Translations under genes and position numbers: made by a program | Part shown: piece after piece, positions 50,593 to 58,933 of the stretch | Layout: each line of letters begins with the position of its first letter | Position numbering within the stretch: the first letter of the stretch is position 1 | Virus genome (UHGV): UHGV-0171787 | From: a virus | DNA: 64,000 bases | Direction: 5' to 3' (one strand) | Notes under the pieces: model-generated | What the model was told of the DNA's origin: nothing | What the model saw: only the letters and a program-made list of their open reading frames with translations | Database searches by the model: none

Positions 50593-51798
50593 CTAACCTT
50601 TTATTTTCCTAAAAAATAATCCGCTCATAACACCATCCCATTCAGAAGATGGAACCACTGAATACTCCGAACTTCGGTCCAGAGTTCCACTACTAAATCG
50701 CTGAACAATGTTATAGATGTTGAACATATCTTTAGTCTCAATACGATTACCGTAGATTAACTTTTCAGCTGTTCTTTCATTTTTAGACACGCGACGGGTA
50801 AAGTTAACCAAAAGGTTATCACCTTTAAGTATCTCTGACCCATCTTTTACTAGATCGGGATGCATCACTGGCAAGAACATTGAGTTGTTCACTCGTAATT
50901 CTGCTGTTTCATCATTCTCATAATGAATCCACTTAAAATCTTCATCACGAAAGTGACCGCATCCATCTCTGTATGACTGTTGACGCCAAGGCACTTGAAA
51001 TGCTTCAGCGTATTTATCAGCCATACCAACTGTAAATAGCGACGCTGGGAAGATACAAGCATCCCAATCATTACCAACCAGAGTTGCTTTCGTTTCACCC
51101 AAGAGGTTAGTGTAAGTGCTAACCATTCGTGAGTAAACATAAGCCTGAAGGATTGTCCAGCCTTCAACCAACCATTTATGGAGGAAGGTTTCAACTTGAC
51201 TCTCTTCATCTTCACAATAGAAGGTTCGATCTAACATCAAATAGAACAGACAGCGATCAGCAGGAACATTTTCAGTTGCTACACCCATAAAACCTTTCTC
51301 GTGCCAGCGTAAACAGGAGGGACGATCTTTGTCCACAAATGCTTCCATAGCTTCCAGTACAGCACGAGGTGTGGTTCGATGCTCAGGGTTTTTGTCATTC
51401 CAACGTTCAATGTTGTTTTTAAGCTCGCCTTCGTAATCAATAGCACCCCAACCCAAAGCTGCGGATACAGGTTTTTCATCACGCCAACGTATAAAACCTA
51501 ACATCTTCATGTGAGTTCCGGAGTTCCAGATATGCTTAATTTTACACATATCCATTTCTTTACTTAACAGGAACTCTTCCCCATCAGAACTACGAACGTT
51601 ATCTTTTTCATGCCACACTCGAACGTGCATATTCCACCCATGAGTTGCCTCATACATGTTAAGGTCGAAGTAGTCACCATCTTCGTCATCGTTTTCATCA
51701 ACGCCACCGTTATAGTTGCGAAGCTGAAGGAACCCATAACAAGGAGGGTTGACCGTTAAAACATTACCTTCAGTATCTTCTAATGTTACTGGAAACAT
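50593..51798 (-). CDS. hypothetical protein within the cluster
   Basis: 401-aa ORF. Confidence 0.45.
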   Translation of the reverse strand: MFPVTLEDTEGNVLTVNPPCYGFLQLRNYNGGVDENDDEDGDYFDLNMYEATHGWNMHVRVWHEKDNVRSSDGEEFLLSKEMDMCKIKHIWNSGTHMKMLGFIRWRDEKPVSAALGWGAIDYEGELKNNIERWNDKNPEHRTTPRAVLEAMEAFVDKDRPSCLRWHEKGFMGVATENVPADRCLFYLMLDRTFYCEDEESQVETFLHKWLVEGWTILQAYVYSRMVSTYTNLLGETKATLVGNDWDACIFPASLFTVGMADKYAEAFQVPWRQQSYRDGCGHFRDEDFKWIHYENDETAELRVNNSMFLPVMHPDLVKDGSEILKGDNLLVNFTRRVSKNERTAEKLIYGNRIETKDMFNIYNIVQRFSSGTLDRSSEYSVVPSSEWDGVMSGLFFRKIKG

Positions 51799-51809
51799 TA
51801 TACCAACCT

Positions 51810-52172
51810 CTATTGGTTTTTAATCAACTCAATCGACTTACGGATATAAAGAATATCTCGGAAGTTTCGATAGTTGTTCATAAATTGGTGCTTCTGGAAA
51901 GTAGCTTCTTCCAGAGCTTTCTTTGCTTCTTCGTAGTTTTTACGGGCAAGATGTACAACCCGCTCTGGTAACACATTTGCACGACGGATGATATACTTGT
52001 GAGCTTTCATGTTGCTTTGCTCACGAGCAATCTTACTTTTAGCAACTTTGATACCATTTGCAATCCAAGCAAGTTCTTGCTCAAGCTCATCGTTGGACAT
52101 ACCACCGAGGTTTGATGCAACCTTGTTCAGAGTTTCAATATTAACGTTGCCCTTAATGGGACGTGTATTCAT
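51810..52172 (-). CDS. hypothetical protein
   Basis: 120-aa ORF. Confidence 0.45.
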   Translation of the reverse strand: MNTRPIKGNVNIETLNKVASNLGGMSNDELEQELAWIANGIKVAKSKIAREQSNMKAHKYIIRRANVLPERVVHLARKNYEEAKKALEEATFQKHQFMNNYRNFRDILYIRKSIELIKNQ

Positions 52173-52174
52173 AC

Positions 52175-52327
52175 TTACTCCTGTTGTTTACACTCGTCAG
52201 TAACCCACTGATAAGTGGATTGCCCAGAAAAGAAACACTGAATAAATCCAGATGTTCTCTGCGTTACCAGTGCTAGTGCACAAATCACTACCGCTGCTGC
52301 TAGCAGTTTTAAACCTAATTTAGACAT
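52175..52327 (-). CDS. small membrane or secreted protein (50 aa), not in the ORF track
   Basis: Hand translation MSKLGLKLLAAAVVICALALVTQRTSGFIQCFFSGQSTYQWVTDECKQQE; RBS gagaggaaat; stop overlaps the next start. Confidence 0.4.
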   Translation of the reverse strand: MSKLGLKLLAAAVVICALALVTQRTSGFIQCFFSGQSTYQWVTDECKQQE

Positions 52328-52593
52328 ATTTCCTCTCATTGAATTTAAAAAAGGACTCTCCGAAAAGAGCCAAGCTTTAAATCCAAAAAAAAGATATTAC
52401 CCAATATCTGTGGATAACCTGCTCTTAAAATATCTATCCGACGGATGTTTGAGGAACACTCCTCGCCCTAGCATCGGCCCCATACGGGAAATATATTAAG
52501 ATTAGGTTAGTTGAGTTAGAATAACTCACATAGCCCTCCGAAGAAGGCTATAGGCGTTACTACAACTAAAAATCACCTGATTTTACAAAATCA

Positions 52594-52827
52594 TCACTCG
52601 CCTTTCTTAGCACGATCTTTGGCAGTTTTGCCAGTGCGGATGCGATAGGAAACGTTAACCAGAGTGCCACCATCAACTACGGTAACGCTCTTGTTTTTAG
52701 CCAGATCAAATACAGTCTTCTCTGTGCCACCCAAGCGAATCTGCTTAGGCTCGCTGAAGGTTTGGGTTGATTTGGATTGGAACTGGAACGGTTGACGGAT
52801 TGCATCGATTGCGCTTACTTTAGACAT
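52594..52827 (-). CDS. hypothetical small protein
   Basis: 77-aa ORF preceded by a conserved motif and hairpin. Confidence 0.45.
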   Translation of the reverse strand: MSKVSAIDAIRQPFQFQSKSTQTFSEPKQIRLGGTEKTVFDLAKNKSVTVVDGGTLVNVSYRIRTGKTAKDRAKKGE

Positions 52828-53058
52828 AGGGGAAATTCCTTAAAAAGTTATGGCTGCGTAGAGGGAATTCCCTACGCAAATTGGGCCGCCTACAGAGAGG
52901 CGTCATAGTACTAAAAGGAGGAGAGAAGAAGGCTTATTTAGCTACCTTTTTCTGTCCATTTACGAACCAGATAATTGAACCGTCAGGCTGTCGTTGACCG
53001 AAGCCTTTCTGGGTAATCATATCGTCATAAGAATATGCTTTACGTCTCATTTGTTTTC

Positions 53059-53307
53059 CTATGGAGTTAAGATAATTTCAGCCTTACTAAACTTCTCACC
53101 AACAACCATATCTCCAGAGATGACACGTAGTTCTCCAGTACCCAAATTAACAGCTCCAGCAGGTTGGCAACCTCTGCTCTTAGCTGTCATCATGTAAATC
53201 TTTTTATTCTGGCACTCTTGAAGTGTGAACACATCAGACATGTTTAGATCTTTAACACGAAGAACTATCTTTTCTATGGAATCAACCTTGATACTGATAG
53301 TGCTCAT
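53059..53307 (-). CDS. hypothetical small protein
   Basis: 82-aa ORF. Confidence 0.4.
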   Translation of the reverse strand: MSTISIKVDSIEKIVLRVKDLNMSDVFTLQECQNKKIYMMTAKSRGCQPAGAVNLGTGELRVISGDMVVGEKFSKAEIILTP

Positions 53308-53312
53308 TGGTA

Positions 53313-53558
53313 TTACTCCTGAACCACTGACATGCGAATCATTTCCACCTGAGTATCAGCACCTTTAGCACATAAGACCCCTGTGAGAAGATTTACCACA
53401 GTAATCCAACCGTTAACTACACTAATATTGCTAGAAGTGTTTTCAACTCTCATGTAATATTGAGGAGATGCTGAGCCACGTTGAATTACGAATGGGTTTC
53501 CGGGAATGATAGTAGACAAGGAAACAGTATTATCTTTAATCTTGGGAATGATCTTCAC
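53313..53558 (-). CDS. hypothetical small protein
   Basis: 81-aa ORF. Confidence 0.4.
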   Translation of the reverse strand: MKIIPKIKDNTVSLSTIIPGNPFVIQRGSASPQYYMRVENTSSNISVVNGWITVVNLLTGVLCAKGADTQVEMIRMSVVQE

Positions 53559-53566
53559 ATTGATTC

Positions 53567-53878
53567 CTATTTAAGTTTGAGGCTAATATTAAGGTGCATA
53601 CATGCCCTGTTCTGTACAGCAGCATAACTTCTACCGAGCATGTCAGCCATTCTCTGAATAGACATGAACCCGGCATTACGGATAACAAACTGATCTTCTT
53701 CTTCAGACCACTTTAATCGAGCTTTAGCGCGAGAGATTTTAAAACGAGAGCACGCAGCATTAATAATCTGTGCTGTTGTTCCCATCATCTCTGCTACTTC
53801 TTCAACTGTGTGATCTTTAATCAGAGTCTTTAGCAAATCAATTTGCCAAGGAGTCCATTGAATCTGTGCAGGTTTCAT
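53567..53878 (-). CDS. putative helix-turn-helix DNA-binding regulator
   Basis: Two HTH-like segments (TVEEVAEMMGTTAQIINAACSRF and IQRMADMLGRSYAAVQNRA). Confidence 0.4.
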   Translation of the reverse strand: MKPAQIQWTPWQIDLLKTLIKDHTVEEVAEMMGTTAQIINAACSRFKISRAKARLKWSEEEDQFVIRNAGFMSIQRMADMLGRSYAAVQNRACMHLNISLKLK

Positions 53879-54172
53879 ATACCCTCCAATTAAACATTTA
53901 TATAAGACTTGCTTAGATAAAGATTCAATAAATAGGGGGAGGGGACGAATCCTCCCTTATCCTATTAGTTACTATTGCATGTAAGATCTAACAATCGGTT
54001 GCCTTTGTAGGAATAAGCGTTATGCTAATCCAGCACTAAACTCCCGCCCCCTTAGTGGGCTGGGTTATTAAAGGGTAACGCCCTTATGGGCTAGTTACAT
54101 GAATGTTAGTTTGATAGGAGATCTGAAGTCCTATCTCAAAGGACTCTCGTAAGAATCCTTCACGATAAGTTC

Positions 54173-54370
54173 TTAATACACTAAGCCGTGTAAAAGAAAC
54201 ACCCTCTTTGTAAGCTCTGCTTTAGCTCTGTAATAAGCCCTAGAACCTAACAGACGGCTCTTAACAAAGAACTTAATGTCATTGCTAACATCTTGTATTA
54301 AACGCTCCTGTACAGCTTCTGAGGAGCTATTAATCGAATCAATTAACACCTTTGTAGATGTGTAATTCAT
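54173..54370 (-). CDS. hypothetical small protein
   Basis: 65-aa ORF. Confidence 0.35.
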   Translation of the reverse strand: MNYTSTKVLIDSINSSSEAVQERLIQDVSNDIKFFVKSRLLGSRAYYRAKAELTKRVFLLHGLVY

Positions 54371-54469
54371 GTCACTACTCCCTACTAATTACAGCCTGTA
54401 AGGGCCACACAGACGATGAAGATACAGATTAAGGATATTACACCACCCCAACTCATAACACACCTCATT

Positions 54470-54985
54470 CTATTTAGTTAACCAAAAACCTTTCGGCTTT
54501 TTAACAACACCAAGAATCCTACATCTCTTATGGACAGCCGAATCACTAACACTCAGTAACCTCCCTACTACGTACACGGGGTAAATGTCTATTAAAGACT
54601 GAAGAGATTCTTTTGTTATTTCAAACCGTCTGCTATCTAATTTGGCACAAAGCTGTGAGCAAAACCTTTGGTTGCTATTCTCTGAAACAAGGTAAATCTC
54701 TCCACAAAAAGAACATAATCTTTCTTCCATAACAGCCCCATGATGATGCCTGCTATGCTCCTCATAAGTCATGATTTCTAAATTAGATGGTTCGTTGTTT
54801 AACTTATTCTCATCCTTGTGATGAACCACTAGGTCAGAGTTCAGTTCGACACCGTAGAAATTTTGAGCAACATACCTATGAACATACACCTTTCCAGCTT
54901 TATTGGCCATAGGGTGTGTTGGTTGGTACACATACAAATAACCAACACCTTTATCAACAACTGCTTTACTTAGATCTAGCTTCAT
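54470..54985 (-). CDS. HNH homing-endonuclease-like protein
   Basis: VVHHKDENKLNNEPSNLEIMTYEEH is HNH_3-like; a Cys-pair region follows. Confidence 0.65.
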   Translation of the reverse strand: MKLDLSKAVVDKGVGYLYVYQPTHPMANKAGKVYVHRYVAQNFYGVELNSDLVVHHKDENKLNNEPSNLEIMTYEEHSRHHHGAVMEERLCSFCGEIYLVSENSNQRFCSQLCAKLDSRRFEITKESLQSLIDIYPVYVVGRLLSVSDSAVHKRCRILGVVKKPKGFWLTK

Positions 54986-55005
54986 AATACCTCAAGAACT
55001 CTTAG

Positions 55006-55084
55006 CGAGGGTGACAGGACTCGAACCTGCATACTCCATTTACTTCTTTAACGACCACTTAGAAGGCGGGGAAGATACACCCTC
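55006..55084 (-). tRNA. tRNA-like element (non-canonical; could not be folded into a standard cloverleaf by hand)
   Basis: Minus strand has a 7-bp acceptor-like pairing GAGGGUG/CACCCUC and a T-arm GCAGG-UUCGAGU-CCUGU; 79 nt before the discriminator; a CUUCUAA loop would fit anticodon UCU but D-arm pairing is not evident. Confidence 0.3.
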
Positions 55085-55105
55085 ACTAAGAGCTCTCGTT
55101 AATCC

Positions 55106-55357
55106 TCAAGCACAAGCAGGGAGTGTGATGATCTTATACTTACCTTCAAACTCTCCAAACAAACCCAAGAATGTAGGACTGTAGGTTCCAGTACAAACAA
55201 ACTCATCAAACAATTCGTTATAGCTAGGCTTAATCTTCCAAGCCCATACATAACCCATCCTATCAATCGCAATGTAACGAGTGTTCAGAGGAACAGTCAT
55301 CATCACACCATCAACTTCAATCACTTTAGTTATTGGTGCAGCTTGAAAGTTTTTCAT
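55106..55357 (-). CDS. hypothetical small protein
   Basis: 83-aa ORF. Confidence 0.4.
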   Translation of the reverse strand: MKNFQAAPITKVIEVDGVMMTVPLNTRYIAIDRMGYVWAWKIKPSYNELFDEFVCTGTYSPTFLGLFGEFEGKYKIITLPACA

Positions 55358-55530
55358 ACTTTACCTTTGATAAAAATATCATTACCACAGACACAGCATG
55401 AACGAACAACAGTAGCGCCACGCTGAACGATACGAACCTCTTCCTTAACCAGATTAATACGAGCACCGCAGCAAGGAGAATTGACATAAGAGTAACCAGC
55501 TTGTGTATTCTTGATTGTTTGCTTAGACAT
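55354..55530 (-). CDS. small Cys-rich (zinc-ribbon-like) protein, 58 aa, not in the ORF track
   Basis: Hand translation MSKQTIKNTQAGYSYVNSPCCGARINLVKEEVRIVQRGATVVRSCCVCGNDIFIKGKV; RBS agaggaag; ATGA overlap with the next gene. Confidence 0.4.
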   Translation of the reverse strand: MSKQTIKNTQAGYSYVNSPCCGARINLVKEEVRIVQRGATVVRSCCVCGNDIFIKGKV

Positions 55531-55584
55531 TTTTAGCTTCCTCTTGTTAGTTTAAGTAAGAGTTGTCCCTTAATTAAAACAACA

Positions 55585-55612
55585 AAGGCCACCCGATTGG
55601 GCAGCCTTTTTA
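55585..55612 (-). terminator. rho-independent terminator
   Basis: Minus strand AAAGGCUGCCC-AAUC-GGGUGGCCUUU followed by a U-rich tract; related to the hairpin at 32905..32938. Confidence 0.5.
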
Positions 55613-56056
55613 TTTGTTAGCTGTTATAAGTCCAACCACCTTGCTTGTTACGAATGGCAGACATTGCATGAAGCCAGAAGTCTTCCAGTTTCAGAGCACC
55701 GTTAGCTACTGCATCCATACGTTCAGGGCGGTTCATACGTTTGGTTGATACTTTCATACCTATCTCTCTTTGTTAGTGGAGGCATTATTGCCAGTTGATA
55801 TAGCGGATAGCTCTCACTATAGAGCCAACTACTCTACAAACTGGTGAAGACTCCCTACCCCTAGGAAGTCTCCTGAATCCCAAACCAATACGTACCCCTA
55901 CATATCGGAAAGTCTTTCGAAAATTAACAGGTTTTAGTCTAGCACCGGATGTTCGAGCAAGCTCTCCCTAGCGGTGTGGCATATGCCTGAATTAATAAGT
56001 TAATGAGGAACACCCTCACATAGCCCTCTGATGAATACAAGGGCTATAAGTCGGTG

Positions 56057-56353
56057 TTACTTATCAGCTTCAATCTCTTGATGCTTAGCAATAGCTACTC
56101 GCAAGTCTTCATTAGCACGAGCAAGGCGTAAGACTTCGTGGTTGAGATTCTGAAGACGGTTGTTTCTGTCTTCAACTTGCATAACAAGATCATTAAGAGT
56201 TACTTTAACTTTCTCGCTATACATTTCATCTACTTGAATCAGAGATTTATACTTTCTCTCCCAGCTTGCTGCTTTGTTTCTAAGAATAATAAATCCTATA
56301 ACACTGATAGTTAAACAGCTTACAAAAAGGAATTTATATACTTCTAAAGTCAT
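56057..56353 (-). CDS. membrane-anchored coiled-coil protein
   Basis: 98 aa with an N-terminal TM segment then a helical region. Confidence 0.45.
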   Translation of the reverse strand: MTLEVYKFLFVSCLTISVIGFIILRNKAASWERKYKSLIQVDEMYSEKVKVTLNDLVMQVEDRNNRLQNLNHEVLRLARANEDLRVAIAKHQEIEADK

Positions 56354-56552
56354 ATTATTTACCCTTTATCAGAGATTAAAAGTAATATTATTTAAGTAAG
56401 TTATATTTAGTAAACTTATTTTCTAAGAAATTTTCAAAGGGTCTATATACAGAGCATTACTCATAGTCCCAGAATACTACCATCTTTTTCAATAAATTTA
56501 CTAAGTGGTTGGTTTATAAAGGAATTTAGTTTGTCAAATCTGGCACTAGTGA

Positions 56553-56942
56553 TTATTCCCTAGAGCTATTATCGAATACTAAATCACCACAATACATAGG
56601 ATTGGCATACCATTTTGGCACCCCTTCGCTCTTACTCTGAAAGTAAGTCCCACTGTACAGCGGAACATAATTCTTCTTAAGGGCACGTTTAGCTAGCTGC
56701 TCACTTTCTCCAATGGCTTGCTTAGTCATCGGATTTTTATCACGAATCAGCTTCACATAACGTTTATAAGGTTTCTCCTGTTTTAATAGTACCGGAATCC
56801 ACTCAAACTGGTTCTTTTGTCTTATCACCTGTTCAGCGGTCAGTTTTCGTTGAGCCATTCTATTTATTACGGTATCCGCAACCATAGCTTTACATGCGGT
56901 TGGCTGATTCCCTGCCTCATAATAAATAGTCAATGTCAACAT
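56553..56942 (-). CDS. putative cell-wall hydrolase (SleB-like)
   Basis: YYEAGNQPTACKAMVADTVINRMA resembles the SleB-family signature; memory-based. Confidence 0.4.
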   Translation of the reverse strand: MLTLTIYYEAGNQPTACKAMVADTVINRMAQRKLTAEQVIRQKNQFEWIPVLLKQEKPYKRYVKLIRDKNPMTKQAIGESEQLAKRALKKNYVPLYSGTYFQSKSEGVPKWYANPMYCGDLVFDNSSRE

Positions 56943-57016
56943 TAGCTGGGCCGTTGTTATCAGAACTTGCTACCTCCTTTGTTTATAGGCCCCCAATTGT
57001 GGGGGCCTTCAGTCTG

Positions 57017-57427
57017 TCATTCAATAACTTTGTAAGATATTACGTCGCCACCGTTTTTGTGTATGTTCCAGTTCACATCTTCGGACTTTATGACCTCTTT
57101 TCCGCCATCCCGATATATAACACTAACAATTTTACCGGTGGCTGGGTTTTCTCCGCCTCCCCAATAGCTCCACCATTTAGAGGACTCTTCATTTTCATCG
57201 GTTGTGACAGACTCTATTGCTTTGTATTTTCCGACTGTGGACCCTGAAGAGTTCATAGCGTAGACTACGCTATACACTAAAGCGTCGCCTACTTCCTTTA
57301 AGTGTAAAGTGAACGGTCCATCAGAATCAACCGCATCTATTTTATTGCTTTTAGCGTGGTAGGAGAAAGTTTTAACCTCATATAGAGATTCTGACCCATC
57401 GTTACGCATAGCTTTTAATGTAAACAT
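57017..57427 (-). CDS. hypothetical protein (start revised)
   Basis: ORF 57017..57520; the listed N-terminus runs through a terminator-like hairpin, and an internal Met (MFTLKAM) has a strong RBS (gaaggagaataat). Confidence 0.45.
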   Translation of the reverse strand: MFTLKAMRNDGSESLYEVKTFSYHAKSNKIDAVDSDGPFTLHLKEVGDALVYSVVYAMNSSGSTVGKYKAIESVTTDENEESSKWWSYWGGGENPATGKIVSVIYRDGGKEVIKSEDVNWNIHKNGGDVISYKVIE

Positions 57428-57666
57428 ATTATTCTCCTTCTTCGTAGTTAAGAAATAATCTCGTTTTACAGGCATAAAAAAGCCCCAGCCGTAGCCGGGG
57501 CAAACCTGAAAGCAACACATGACCGTTGCTATAAATACACTCGCAAATGCACTTACAGCAACGCAAAAAGCCGCTCAAAGGCGGCTATGCGGAAGCTTCA
57601 AATGGGGAGAGGGCACGACGCTACAGAAAGAGCGTCACAGTACTAAAAGAGGGGGCTATATTCCTA

Positions 57667-58110
57667 CTACTTAACCCTTGCTTCTTTGATGGGGTCGATG
57701 TATTTCTCAACTCCCCACTTGTGTTTACTATCTGCGTAGAATACATCAGGTGCACACTGGCTAGTCTTAGGAAAAGCCTGCGGGTCTTTCGTGCTACCCT
57801 TAAACTTCTGTTTACCACGGGTGCGACCATTACAGAAGATTTCTAACTTCTTCTCCTCTTCTGTTTTAGCTCCCCCGCTCTGTAATAAAGAGCGTTTATG
57901 ATCGGCTAACAATAACGCATCAGCACGATGGACACGATGGCCTACACGTTTTGTCACACTGGAAGGAACATGGGATTCAGCCTCAACCTTTGCAGCACGA
58001 CGTTTTAAACTACGCTTACTAACGTGATTGGTTGCCTTTGGTTTCTCTTTCTCCAGTTCAGAGATAGAAAAACAACGACCGCCCTTCATGCTGATTTTAG
58101 ATTTAGCCAC
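57667..58110 (-). CDS. basic hypothetical protein
   Basis: 147 aa, K/R-rich. Confidence 0.45.
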   Translation of the reverse strand: MAKSKISMKGGRCFSISELEKEKPKATNHVSKRSLKRRAAKVEAESHVPSSVTKRVGHRVHRADALLLADHKRSLLQSGGAKTEEEKKLEIFCNGRTRGKQKFKGSTKDPQAFPKTSQCAPDVFYADSKHKWGVEKYIDPIKEARVK

Positions 58111-58179
58111 AATCTTATTCCTTTTAGTGATAAGTTATATCGGGCAAGCCCATCAAGGCGATAGGCTTGAACAAACAAC

Positions 58180-58386
58180 TTAATTAAGTAAACCGAACGA
58201 CTTCCAACTACGTGTTAAAACTGTACCATCATCCATCTTAACGGACATATTGAGAAATTTCTTTCCTTGTGTACTAATCGTTGCAACTACTCCCGTCATT
58301 GCCTTACCTTTATTTAAGTATCGGTATGAAACACGACGCCCAAGAAGGGCTATAGGAGTCTTACTAAAAGGTTTAATATTAATCAT
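58180..58386 (-). CDS. hypothetical small protein
   Basis: 68-aa ORF. Confidence 0.4.
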   Translation of the reverse strand: MINIKPFSKTPIALLGRRVSYRYLNKGKAMTGVVATISTQGKKFLNMSVKMDDGTVLTRSWKSFGLLN

Positions 58387-58607
58387 GCTGCTTGATACCT
58401 TTTCATATATTCGATGCGGTGGGAATGTGTGTATGACGCTTTAATTGCCATTGCTCTGACTTCTTCTAAGCGTTGGTTTTCGTAAACCTTCTTTGCTTCT
58501 TCATGGTTATGTCGTTTCTGGAGAATCTTACTACATTTACGATGGTTTCCCGTGCTGCGATGTTTCTCACAAATAGGACACTTACCAAAGCCTTCACTAA
58601 TGATCAT
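58383..58607 (-). CDS. small zinc-binding protein
   Basis: CPICEKH...H..C motif near the N-terminus. Confidence 0.4.
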   Translation of the reverse strand: MIISEGFGKCPICEKHRSTGNHRKCSKILQKRHNHEEAKKVYENQRLEEVRAMAIKASYTHSHRIEYMKRYQAA

Positions 58608-58867
58608 TTTCTCAATCCTACCTTACGTAGTACACGGCCTAACGTTGTTTCTTGCGTGATGGTATAACTAATCGCTTCACGTTCTAACGTCTCAATCTTC
58701 ATTGGCGACGGATACCATTCACCGGTAAGCATACATTTATATTCAATGCCATACTTCTTAGATAGGCGGTAATGTTGACCGTTTCGAAGGTTTCTGTAGA
58801 TCGTGGTATGTGTAGTTAACATAGTCATCACCTTTGATTGGATTCTTTGATTAATGCACTGAATCAA
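58604..58867 (-). CDS. hypothetical small protein
   Basis: 87-aa ORF. Confidence 0.4.
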   Translation of the reverse strand: MIQCINQRIQSKVMTMLTTHTTIYRNLRNGQHYRLSKKYGIEYKCMLTGEWYPSPMKIETLEREAISYTITQETTLGRVLRKVGLRK

Positions 58868-58874
58868 TGCACTG

Positions 58875-58912
58875 ATAAAAGAAAAGGCGCTACCCGTTAA
58901 GATAGCGCCTTA
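58875..58912 (-). terminator. terminator after gene 58934..59842
   Basis: Perfect inverted repeat AGGCGCTA...TAGCGCCT flanked by A/T-runs. Confidence 0.5.
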
Positions 58913-58933
58913 TGTTTATTTAAATTGTCTTAC

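Noticed and set aside
55006-55084. Calling this a bona fide tRNA (for example tRNA-Arg with anticodon UCU)
   Set aside because: No D-arm or standard anticodon stem pairing could be found by hand; reported only as a tRNA-like element.
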